Source: Octopus sinensis (Eukaryota). Taken from it: a DNA stretch of 64,000 nt. Below the pieces are notes generated by a model. That model was given only the letters and a program-made list of their open reading frames with translations, was not told where the DNA came from and ran no database searches. Position 1 is the first letter of the stretch; the number at the start of each line of letters is the position of its first letter. The stretch covers positions 106,578,001 through 106,642,000 of the forward strand of contig NC_043004.1 of the NCBI RefSeq assembly GCF_006345805.1. The letters are read 5' to 3'. Below, piece after piece: positions 13,670-25,626 of the stretch. The position numbers were made by a program, and so were the translations under genes.

Positions 13670-14639
13670 CAAAAATAGGACAAGAACACAAAACATCCAG
13701 ACAGCTAGGTAATACAAAAAAGGGACAACAAAAAATCCAGACAGACGATACAAAGAAAACAAGGACGGGTCGTTTGGAGGTTTCTTTCCTCAGTCGAGTT
13801 CCAGATTATCTTTGCAATTTCGGCTGGTTATACTCGAGATTGCTCCAATCTGGCCAGTCCCAAGGAAAAAACTAAGCTAAGAGCATTAGATTCCATGGAA
13901 GAAAGCAGCAAATGTATATGAAAACAAGGCCGGAAAAAAACCGGAGAAATGTTACACAAATACAAGTGCAAATAACAGGACATAACAAAGGTATATTTCA
14001 ACTAAAGATGAATTAAATTAAGCTGGTATGTGTGGAAGTAAGGGCTTACAGCAGGGACATAAGATTTGACAGACACAGGGAAGAATACAGATGTTGCACG
14101 GATGGTAGTCAAACCACGAAAGAAAGGTCAGGCTTTGCTGAACACCGGTCAGGTTGGGAGAGAAGAGAAAGAGGTAGAGGCAGAGGGATAGACGAATTAA
14201 GGAGATGCAAGAAAAAATGAAAGGGACAGAGTAAAGTGAAAGGGGGGGGAAAGTGAGTATGAAGAGAAGGCCAGGAAATGTGAGAGAGGGGGAACAAAAG
14301 AATGAAGAATGGAATGAAGGAGGTAAGTGTGAAAGACTGATAGAAAGAAGGAAAGAATAGAAAGAATAATAGAGTCATACAAAATTTGTAGAAATATAAC
14401 CAGTTTACATATAAGAGACCAAAGTGTATGCACATCGCTATATTTTTATATACAAAAAATACAAAAATGGGACAAGAACACAAACCATCCAGACAGTTAG
14501 GTGATACAAAAAATGGACAACAAAACATCCAGACAGACGATACAAAGAAAACAAGGACAGGTCATTCGGAGTTTTCTAACCTCGGTCGAGTTCCAGATTA
14601 TCTTTGCAATTTCTGCTGGTTATACTTGAGATTGCTCCA
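13664..14639 (-). mobile_element. ORF-less Penelope-like repeat, ~792-bp unit present ~1.2 times next to (TA)n
   Basis: 13664-13850 is repeated directly, with substitutions, at 14456-14639. It begins at a (TA)n tract. Confidence 0.55.
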
Positions 14640-15712
14640 TATATGCCAAACAAACCAGGAAAACAGTCCCATCTCCCTTATGAAGTAATGTGGACTAACC
14701 AACACACAAATAGATGAGAGTAGTAGATAGACTAACAGACAGATAGATGAGAATGGTAGATTGGCTGACATACAAATAGAAAAGAGTGACAGACTGTTAG
14801 GCTACAAGACAGATTGACCAGAGCAGTTGACTTATAGATGGACAGATTAATAGACCAGAGCAGTTGATAGACTAACAAGATTTTAGTCAGTTATAGCAAG
14901 CACAGTATTTATTTCAGTCTGGTATGTATTCATTCAATGTGTAGTTATTGTACAATGAGGACACATGACCTAGTGGTTAGGGTGCCCACTCATGATCCGT
15001 AGATCAGGATTTTGATCGCTGGATCAAGTGGTCTGTTGTGTTCTTGAGCAAAACACTTTGTCTCACATTGTTCCGTAATCATTTTGACATCTGATATGTG
15101 GTACACCATACACCTGTACATGCAATATCAATTTGATGGAGCTAATATACAAGACTAATATTCAATCACTATATACAAATCATTTGTGCAGTTCTTTCCA
15201 AGGCACAGGTCCAGGCAGAGTTGTTTATGGAAGACCAGCAGTCACTTACGCATACCAGTCTCCCCTCTCCATGGCACTGATGTCCATTCTAATGGTTCCA
15301 CTAGCATTGGTGGTATAACTACGTGTGTATGCCCTTCCCCTATTTTATTTTCTCATAAATTGCTGGAAAACTGATATTTTCTCATAAAAATTTCAACAAA
15401 CAGATTACGATGATATTGGAATATGATGAGGAAAAAATTCGGAAGGGAAATCCAATTCAACCACTTCATCAATATTTACGAAGGAAACAAAGTCGAGGTG
15501 TCTGACTTATCCGACTCCACCCCCAACTTTTTTTAACATCAAATTCCCACATAATTGTAATGCACATCACCTGAAACATATTTTTTGAAAATTTTTATCT
15601 AAAAACAGCGATTTTTCTGAAGGTTATGAGGAAACAAATCGGGGCGTGTGAATAATCCGAAACTCCTTTCCTTCTCTAACGAAAAAAAATTTCACAACAA
15701 ATTAATTTACAC

Positions 15713-15943
15713 CAGAGGTTCTCAACCATTTTTTGGCCTAAGGACCTCTTTGATTCCTATATTACTTTACTGGACCCTCATAGTTATTCGGTGTCTAAAA
15801 GCTCCTATTATATTTTTATGACTAAATATTATTAAGAATTTATTAAAATATGTCTAAATATCTTATGTTTTGTAGAAATATAACCAGTTTATTGTACATA
15901 AATTTTAACAAGATCTTATATGAACCCCGGTTGAGAACCCTTT
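15713..15943. mobile_element. hAT-type MITE, same family as 59927-60178
   Basis: Termini cagaggttctcaacc / ggttgagaaccc. The body aligns by eye with the 59927 copy. Confidence 0.65.
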
Positions 15944-17175
15944 AAAATGTATCTCTGGAAAATTTCATTAAAAAAACGTTACATTTTTCCGAAAGTCGTA
16001 AAGAAACAAATTGGAGTGGGAGAGGGTCGAAGCAGACATGTGTAGTTATGCCACGTTGATCTCTTGACTCGCCCTCCCGATCACAACTGAATCTACGAGA
16101 CCTCCATCCAATACTAAAATGTAATAACTCTTCCATCAGTCATAGTTCACTAACGTTTAGCTGTAGAAATGTAAACTTTTGAGATTTGAAACTGTAGCCT
16201 TTACAGTAAGTTGCAGAGAGTGCACAAGTTGAGTACAAGACTACACAGCAGTGTAATGCGCCTGTCTTAAGCTACGTGTCATGTCAAATGTCTTGTGTCA
16301 TCAGTAATTTCAACGATTTAGAGGATTCCTGAGGTAAGCTGGTCTAAATCAATAGCAAACATTCCTTCTTTTGAAGTAAAACAGGGGTAAATCAACATTT
16401 GCGATCACTGCAAATATAAAGACTGGGAACAGACAGTTGCTATCTCCACCGGAAATACTTTCTACAAGGTAAACGATGCTGTCGAAATGTTGTTGGTGGT
16501 GCTCAAATAGTTTAAACGTTGTTTTCACGTACTATAGGATGTCAAAAGAGAGTTTTATATTGTATGTTAGCCCACACAAATTAAAATCATACCCCTTCCT
16601 TTTAATAACAAAAATAAAGGGTAATTTTATTCGATAAGATAAATATTCACCATTATGCAGCACCTTCTTAACTATCCTACCGTTGCACTGTGTCTATAGC
16701 CTCTCTGTCTCTTCTACTAATTATACAATGGTTTATTTCTTAACCGAAAAGTCACACACCACCATGTACACCTGCCTCTTCCACTAAACACTTCGTCCAA
16801 ATTTAGCTCCATAAAATTCGATCCTCAAATTTAAATCCTATTTTCCGCTCATGCCAAGAAGGTATCAACCAAACACCACGAGTTAAAAAGGTGACTTTTA
16901 CGCAATCGCTGTGCTTGTTAAAAATAGCAGCCAAATGCCCCTCAAGTCATACCGTATCGTCCTAATCGTCTTCAAAATAAAGAATTTATATTAAACAGTT
17001 TAGTCTTAGATGTAATAACCGACGGAATATTCGTAGCTAGAATATCCTTGTGGTGACAGGGCAAAATAATATCACCAATACCCTCAGCGTCAACTCAGAT
17101 ATCAATCTCAGATACCTGGGAAGTCCTGCAGAGACTATGGGCACCTTTAACTCTATAATAATGAAATTCATTCAT

Positions 17176-17595
17176 TACTCTTTACTCTTTTACTTGTTTC
17201 AGTCATTTGACTGTGGCCATGCTGGAGCACCACCTTTAGTCGAGCAAATCGACCCCAGGACTTATTCTTTGTAAGCCTAGTACATATTCTATCGGTCTAT
17301 TTTGCCGAACCGCTAAGTTACGGGGACGTAAATACACCAACATCGGTTGTCAAGTGATGTTGGGGTGATAAACACACACACACACACACACCACACACAC
17401 ACACACATATATATATATATAAATATATATACGACGGGCTTCTTTCAGTTTCCGTCTACTAAACCCACTCACAAGGCTTTGGTCGGCCTGAGGCTATAGT
17501 AGAAGACACTTGCCCAAGGTGCCACACAGTGGGACTGAACCCGGAACCATGTGGTTGGTAAGTAAGCTACTTACCACACAGCCACTCCTGCGCCT
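17176..17595 (-). mobile_element. SINE family A, full length
   Basis: Complete head, body and tail. B-box-like ggttcagtccc in the head. Confidence 0.85.
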
Positions 17596-18180
17596 ATTCT
17601 CACAACACCCGAATTTTTAAATTATAAGATTATATAGGCTTATGATAGACGACATCATTCGCCTACACAATCTCCACTCATGACAAAGAGACTAGGCTGA
17701 AAAAGAAGGTAAATGATATCATCTCCTCATACCGACACCTTGGATACCAATACCGAAGAATCGCCATTATATGACAATTGTCATTTAGCACCAAATGAGC
17801 TTTGACCGAGCAAACTTGTCATAAAAAGCGTTCCGTCATGATCATTATGTTTTGTTTTGTTTTTTTTTCATTTTCTTGTTTTTATTATAACAGAAATTGT
17901 ATTTTCTAATCTCTCTTTTATTCAAGACGGTAGAATATTATTTGAAGTTGATTTGAGAGCTATTTCTAGTCTACGCCTTATAAATCAATCCTTGTTGGTT
18001 TGTAAGATACAGACTTAAACTTCGGGATGAAATGGCCTAGTGGATAGTATATCAAACTACTTACCCATGGTTCGTGGGTTCAGATTAGCTGCTTACTTTT
18101 TTTAATAGATAGAACACTATTTAATTTTACTTAGCTGTTGGTAACATGTAACAGATTTTCAGAGAAATAGTCAATAATAG

Positions 18181-19086
18181 TGTAGCGCTTAGTGAAAGAC
18201 ATTATCTCTCTTTGGGAGATGTAATACGAATGTGGACGTGGCGTATAACAGCCGGCCTTCGGCTGCTTAGGCCCTGTTGTGTCCGCTACTCTGATTGGTT
18301 GGTTTTGGTGCAGTTTATCTCTTGTTTTATTTCGCGCCAATGCGTAAACCAACCAATCGTAACCTTCAGATAAGGTCCCCTGACAGAGTCTTCTAGGTTC
18401 TTTTCTGGAGCTCCCAAAACCCTTTAAAAGTTAGATCAACAAACCGTAATTCGTCTTTGGTTCTACATCATTGGCCTCAGAGCATCCAGCGACAGACAGC
18501 CAGTTCGAGCGACCCAGCCATGTTCCAGCGACTGCGACACCAGAACCACCGCAGCATTTCAGGACCTTTCACCACCGTCGCCTTCACCTTAATGTCACCT
18601 TTCAGCTTATCTACACCACCAACATCAATACGTACACAGCAACATTGCCCAGGTTTAAACTTCACGCTGTTTGTGAATGTTCGCCAAGGTCTACCTGCGA
18701 GAAATTTCTGTACCAAGTAACCCGGCATAGGATAGCATCCACAACCTCTACACGCGTAGTAACCGGCTCTCCACATTTTGCCCCAAATTCTGAACCTCTG
18801 CTATTGTGTCCATTACTACGAACTGGTAATTATCTCCATTTGTGTCTGAACATTCATCTAGCGTCCTGTTAAAGACTCTTTCTATGCTCTGTATTATTAT
18901 GTACATACTTATAACGCACACAGGTACACAGACACTCTTATGACACGAACCGTTTTCTCTTACATTATACGGTTGTGTTTTCTCCTTATTCCTTTTGGCA
19001 CATAAGCTGGCTTCTTTTGTAGGCGACCGTGCGGCATTTAAAAAGAGACCTTCTTTCGTCACCATCTTTCGTACGGTCGTACTACA
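18181..19086 (+). mobile_element. Solo LTR (Gypsy-type)
   Basis: Begins TGTAGCG and ends ACTACA, with a perfect 4-bp TSD ATAG (18177-80 / 19087-90) and internal CCAAT boxes (gattggttgg, ccaatcg). Confidence 0.75.
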
Positions 19087-19356
19087 ATAGGATCGATCAC
19101 TTATTGGTGCACAGGCATTGGATCTTGCAAAGTAAAATAATTAACTACGTCAGAGTGATATTATACAGCAGTCAAAGGCTGTCTACACTGATTATAAGCC
19201 TCTTCCTTATTTTCATCTGAGTGTCTGTCTACATCACTTTCTGTGAAAGTTTGCTTTTGATATTTAGGATCTTGCAGATTTTAATGTCTTTGGACCGGAT
19301 CTTTTATAGACCAGTGAAGTATCTCAAATGTTAGTATCAGTGCTGGTGCTACAATG

Positions 19357-20381
19357 TGTAGCGTAGACTCTGAAATTCCTCTCTCCCTTTATTATATATA
19401 CGTGCATTCGAACGTAGCAGGGAACAGCTAGCCTTTGGCCGCTATTTGGATCCCGTTGTGCCCACTACTCTGATTGGTTGGTATTGGTGCAATTTATCTC
19501 TTACTCGATTGCGCCAAATTGCTGCGTATAACCCAGGCGGAGGCCCTAAATAAGATCACGTGGGACAGCTTGTTCTCTACCTTGTTTTGAGCCTACAGTT
19601 CCTTATAAAAACTCAGCCTTTTCTCTTTCGAAGTCTTTGGTTCCAGACCTTTTAAAGTCTAGCCACTGACCACAAAGACACAGCCAGTTCCAGCGACAAC
19701 GCCAGACAACACCACCAAAGCAGCTACGTTGAGATTTACCAGTTTCGTCCAACAGCATTACGGCTACCTCCTTCTTCGTCGCCACCATCATGTCAGCAGC
19801 ATCTCTCTACGTACACAGCTCAGCAAGCAATTCACCCAGGTTCCAACACCTCACTGTTCGTGAATTACTTCACCATGGATCAACAGCGAATGTACAACCT
19901 GGAAGAACTCCTGTATCAAGTGACCCAGGCAGCAGCATCACAGCCACGACTTCACGTACGACATGTACCTGCAACCGGCTCGGATCATGGCCGCGATTTC
20001 TTGATACAGTATTTCAACTACCGTGTACTAATGACTACGAACTGGTCTTATTTATCTTTCTTGTGTCTGTGAACTTACTCCTTACTTCGATGGCTGTAGA
20101 CTCTTTCGCTGTCTCTTCTTCATTGCCATCCTTATATGTTCTTAACACGCACATACATCTACGTCTACATACACACATACATTTTGTTCTCATGACGGCC
20201 TGTCTGTTATTCTGTATACATGATGCACACACAGACACACATGTTATTACATCAATAAACGTTCTCTTAATCATTCTACACGGTTGTGTCTCCTTTTTCC
20301 ATCTGACATTTATAGGTGTTCTATCAATTTTCTCTTTATTGTATCGGCCGTGTGGTGTGGTGCTAAAGGAAAGAATCTATA
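19357..20381 (+). mobile_element. Diverged paralogous solo LTR
   Basis: Begins TGTAGCG and shares ordered blocks with 18181-19086 (ctactctgattggttgg, cagccagttc, tacgtacacagc, actacgaactggt, acggttgtgt). TATAAAA at ~19605, AATAAA at ~20254, degenerate end ctata and an imperfect caatg/gaatg flank. Confidence 0.6.
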
Positions 20382-20539
20382 GAATGATGTAGATCAGGTT
20401 TCGAATCTTGGTTTCGAATCTAGGAAGTTGTTCATTACATTTCCGTTGAAATATTTATAACATCAGAGGCAATCATTCCACTTTAAGTTATGTGTGAGGA
20501 ATAAAGAGCAGATCTTTATGAGACTTTCGTTGGCAGCAA

Positions 20540-21000
20540 GTAATGACAATAGATACTTTTGCCAGCTGTACTGACTTCAATAGCCTCGAGTGGGGAATAG
20601 AATCGAATGCCTTTCTTTATTTAAGCCATACTATCTCAAGATGCCTTCGATCTTTTCTTAATTTAGCAAACCTTTATTTACCAAAAATTCTTCGGCGCAT
20701 CCGCCTTTTTTCCTACATGCTCGTCAGTGGCTCTATTATTAGTCTCCCAATAGTCTCAGGAGAACTGGTTCAGGCAGTTTCTGTAGAATTTGTATAATGT
20801 TAAGACAGGCTATGGGCCCTAAGTCCTCTTCCAGGGCGGTCTTTTCATTTTTGGCCATAAAGTTTGCTTGTGTTATGGCAACCCAGTTTGGTATGTCAGC
20901 CTGGCATTTAAATATTTAAGAAATATTTTTATGAAATCGACATTTTGGTACTAGTAGCCATCTGTGAGGTATCTTCCTAATGGCGTCTCGTTTTCGTTGT
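20540..21000 (-). mobile_element. Old, frameshifted R4/NeSL-like RT fragment
   Basis: Minus-strand remnants IPNW..NFMAKNEKT..PIACLN, GCAEEFLVNK and VWL..RKAFDSIPHS (RT motifs 0-3), with stops. Confidence 0.65.
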
Positions 21001-21714
21001 AGTGTTAACGCTATATATAAGCAGATTGAAGCAGAACAATATTGTAAATCAGAAGGCAGTGGAGTGGCTAAATAGTAATGGTTCTTGTAGCATGAAGATC
21101 TGTTTTTATACTCTAAGTTCAAATCTTTCGGGAGTCAACTTCGCCTTTCATCCTACCTTGTGTTACAATTCATAGATGTAAGTTATATTTTGGCTGTTTT
21201 AAACCATATAGTTTTTGGCCACAAAACATCACAGAATCCAAACTCACGTGACACATTTAGTTCGTACACCGTGATGGGAAAAGAAATCGAACGTTTCTGA
21301 ACAGAAGGAAAGGGAGAGTGAGGCGGACAGACAGACAGAAAGAGATTTTTTTTTTTATTCAATATCAAAAACTTAACTGAATAACTTTTCCGAGGCAGAC
21401 CACCTTTAGTTGCCTCGCATTCAGTTTTTACTGCGATATGTCAAACTACTCAATGTCTTAATAATCAGATGATTCATGTCATCCTCTGCTCGGATGTTAG
21501 AATAGTCACATGTCTTGTTCTGTTGAATTATCTTGTGTCACTAAGCTCCAAGTTACACCTTTGTCTACTTTCCTTGTACTGCATAGTAATCTCGTTAAGC
21601 GTTACAATCAAGAATTGACGCTGAATCATAAACTTGGCTCAGCAAGATTGATCCCTATAATATAATAAATCATAAACTTGGCTCAGTAAGATTGATCCCT
21701 ATAATACAACATTT

Positions 21715-21935
21715 GTAAGGCATCGAGCTGGAAGAATGGTTAGCACGCCGAGCAAAATGCTTAGCAGCACTTCGTCTGTTTTCCACTTTCTGAGTTCAAA
21801 TTCCGCCGGGGTCGACTTTGCCTTTCATCCTTCCCGGGTCGATAAAATAAGTACCAGTTGAACACTGGGGTCGATATCATCGTCTTACCTCTCATCCTAA
21901 ATTGCTGGCCTTGTGCCATAATTTGAAACCTATAT
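21715..21935 (+). mobile_element. tRNA-derived SINE, family B
   Basis: gagctggaagaat..gttagcacgccg..gagttcaaattccgccggggtcgactttgcctttcatcc..gataaaataagtaccag. Other copies at ~25292-25465(-), 32126-32240(+) and 59725-59905(+). Confidence 0.75.
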
Positions 21936-22559
21936 CAAAACACTTGAATTAAAGTCATCAGTTGTGGCAGTTAGTAGGGTGCCGGATATAAGTATTTTCG
22001 TATCGTTTGGTACCGCGGAGTGCTGAGTTAACTTACTGGTATTAATTTGACTTTTCTCTAGTTCAATACGGTACTAATAACATATCGCGTCCATAAGTAC
22101 TTCGCAACGTGCAGTGCTAAACAATAAGACGAATGCATGAATTATACCAAATGGGAAAAAATCATCTCCTGATTTGATGATTTTATTGTTATTGTTGTTT
22201 ATTTACAAAGACAGAACAATGTTTCCGTAATTTATGAGGTTGATACAGTCTATGTTTAGCTTCAACATCTTATAAATCGACGTCTGCAGAAATAAAACGT
22301 ACATAGAGAAGGAATTTCGGGGGAAAGGAATGGAAAATTGGATGGTGGTAGTCCTAGGGAATGAGATAATATAGGAGTTGCGAACAAAAGAGAGGCGAGT
22401 GTTTCTTGAGTACTTAAGTTGAGGGGATATACATTTAACCAGTTCATAGCAGTATAGAACCGATTAAATAGTAATAAAAATGATAAAGCTCATAGACGTC
22501 CTATTCCCACAGCATATCTGTGTGCCAAGCTGGAGCGTATTAATGAAAGAAAATTAAAA

Positions 22560-23690
22560 CAAAAAGCGTAATAACATACTTTGTTTAAAGTAAGGTTGTA
22601 CTTGTTCACTGTATCTAAGAACTTCAAGTTGTGATCACGAACACTCTTGTTATGGCCACAGTTACATTGTCCATATATGCAAAAGTGGCTGTGAGTCCTT
22701 TTTCAATTATGTCACCGTATCTACACAGTTTGTGATTCCAAGAGGAATCCGTCTGAATTGATACAAGCAATGGCAGTCGCAAATATAGTTTAAGGTTTGT
22801 CCATCAGAAAGTAAGTACTTCGTAGGTGAAGCGTACTGAAGATATTATCCTATGTCACTTCCTCAACCATCTCGATGTTTAGTACAGAGCAGGCCTTTAG
22901 CAACCTATAGTGATTTACTGTCTGAATAATCGACGACCATACGTTTCTCGTGGCTATTACTAGATCTGCGCCTGCCAAGGAGACTCAGTATTCGGCTCAG
23001 TAATAACCCTCTTTATTAAACGTATTAGCTCGGAATTTATAAATTCTTGGTCATCCAGAGAATGTGATCTAGCTTTAGTAGTCATGAGTTTGGAATCAGT
23101 TTTTAGATTGTCAAACAAAGAAAGTGGGAACTGAAGCAGTAGTGAGACCACAGGCTGTTAGAACAGGCCCAGCACCACCAAACGGAATCTCGACAGAAGA
23201 GTAGAGTTCATGGCAGTTTTGTCTCAGGATAATATCACAACAAAGTGAGGATATCAGAGATGAGACACGTTAGAAAATGCTACACTGGCTTGATACACTC
23301 CACAGTTACTGTTTTAATGTTGTGATCCTTTGCTAAGACCTTTAATGTTTGTAATATTTATGTAGTGAACCATTCTTGTCGACAAGTAATCAACACATGC
23401 CGTGCATATATTTCATTCCTTAGTTGGACATATCATCACATGCAGAGTATTTATAGCGGCATCATACGTAGATACGTCAACAATATATTCAAACTCTTTT
23501 GAAGATATATAATTGATTTTAAAATTCATCCTGATGACATCTTTATTAATCGGCTTAAAGCGTTTAGAAACGCTTTTTGTCAGTGTAGCTGCTGCGTAGT
23601 AGTATGTGTACCATCGAGTTGAGTATCTAAACATTTCGGGCGGAGGAACTTTTTCAGGATGAAGTCGCGAATAAATTGACATAGATTAAG
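22560..23690 (-). mobile_element. Degraded Ty3/Gypsy internal region (gag N-terminus, protease, RT)
   Basis: Minus-strand peptides: gag-like FEYIVDVSTYDAAINTL; LCCDIIL..SSVEIPFGG; SLFDNL..TKARSHS..EFINSEL..SPWQAQI; HEKRMVVDYS; LYQFRRIPLGITN (22766-22730); TFAYMDNVTV (~22690-22655). Many frameshifts, and most of gag is missing. Confidence 0.85.
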
Positions 23691-24399
23691 ACTAGAAGGC
23701 TTCAAAGCGAGGCTGAACTATAATAGCACGACGAACAACGGAGGCTACTTTAGTTCTATAACGACAGGTTAGAGTTCGAAAGAATGTGATAAGTTCCTAC
23801 ATAAGCACAAGGGGAAATTGGTTAAAAGTAGGGATACAATAATTTGAACGAAAGTCGACCCAATCAACACACGCCCAGCCGGTGCTGGATTTAGCATAAA
23901 CTAAAGAAGCCTTAAAAGTCGTAGGAGCCATGAAACAATCTTTTACATTTAAATTTATGTGCAATAATTCGTGGAAAAGAATATAATTTATAAAGGTTTA
24001 CAGTAAGAAAACGGAGAAAACAAAGAGAAAGGAAAGGAAATCAGTAAATAATAATCGAAATAAAGGCATGCATCCTCATTCAGTTATGTACACCAGTGGA
24101 AACTGTTATTTCTATAAGATTCTTTAATATATTTAGAAGGAATATATGTTGAGAATTGTTAGAGCGCCAGATAAAATGTTTAATAGTATTTAGTTATGTC
24201 CCTTTATATTCTGGCTTTGAATCAATCCGGTACATCGTCTCTTCATAAATTGAAGGGAAGGCATGCAGAATAGTCTTAGCTGCATTATAGGTCCCTAGGC
24301 AAATCAATGTAGTGAGCCCTATCGTATTCAGTTATTGACAGCAAGTCACAACCTACACACATAAGAACTGGGGCCCCTTGACATGTGAGGCCGAATCCA

Positions 24400-24600
24400 G
24401 GTAAAAAAGTCACAGGTAAAAAGTCACAGGAAAAAAAGTCACGGTAATAAAGTCACAAGAAAGAAAGTCACAGGGGTTTTGTCCGGAAGTGGGGGTTCGA
24501 GGGGGTTTTGTCCAGATCCCATAAATTAATTGTAACTTTTTTCCTAGCCAAAATTCTGACTTTATTACTGTGACTTTTTCCCCTGTTACTTTATAACCAG
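24400..24600. repeat. Foldback/MULE-like terminus with tandem (a)aaaagtcaca subrepeats and their inverted copies
   Basis: Five ~14-15-bp repeats at 24403-24475, two gggggttttgtcc motifs, and inverted tgactt motifs at 24558-24590. Confidence 0.5.
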
Positions 24601-24781
24601 TCACCCAACGGGTCCAGTATGCCCATGCTTTAAGACGGAACTACAGTCATGCTTGTTTTGTTAAAATGTTTGCTTCCTAACTACGTGATTTCATGTCCAC
24701 CAAGTGAACCTTGGGCAAGTGTCTCCTGTTATAGCCTCGGGCCGACCAAAGCCTGGTGAGTGGATTTGGTAGAGTTCGTCG

Positions 24782-24815
<34 letters not shown>

Positions 24816-25176
24816 ACTTGTGGATGGAAATTTTTAGATTTTATTAATGTATTGCGACATACGTTTCTGTAGCTCACATGTTCATTTGTGAGAACATTTT
24901 CACATCCATTTGATATCATTCAATATTATTTCTAATACCTATGAAGTTTGAGTATGTTTTTATCACATGTGTTGCTTCCTCGGGCATTTACATTAATGTT
25001 TATGTTTTTTTTTGTTAATCCGATGTTTACCATTTTACACCAATAGTGAAGCTCCGTTAAATTTTGGGTGTTACTTATGAATCGTTACAACTCATCAAAG
25101 AGAGAGAGAAAGGATAAAAATAAAAAGAAAGAGAAAAAAATCATTGGGCGTTACTTGTGGTTCATCACGACAAGCC

Positions 25177-25229
<53 letters not shown>

Positions 25230-25566
25230 GTTCGAAAACCTCCCCACCCTTTGTGTTTCTCTAATGATTGAACAGACACGTAAATAATCCTTACTGCTAT
25301 AGGCACATGGTCTGGATTTTGTAGGGAGGGGTACAGTCGATCACATCGACCCCAATACTCAACTGGTACTTAATTTATCGACTTCGAAAGGACGAAACGC
25401 AAAGTTGACCTCGGCGGAATTTGAACTGAGAACGTAGCGACGGGCGAAATACCGCTAAGCAGGCGTGCAAATAATAAAACAAAAGTCCATTTTGAAATTT
25501 TTTTGTGGTGGCCGATAACAAGATACATAGGAACTTTTACGAGCGCATTCTGTGGTATTTGTATAC

Positions 25567-25621
<55 letters not shown>

Positions 25622-25626
25622 TAATA

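Noticed and set aside
16250-16475. Plus-strand donor-like sites GAG|GTAAGC (16334) and AAG|GTAAAC
   Set aside because: Isolated motifs expected by chance, with no coding or acceptor support.
25552-25626. Poly-asparagine N-terminus of the 711-aa ORF
   Set aside because: It is the (AAT)n target site read in frame from an upstream GTG and is not part of the element.
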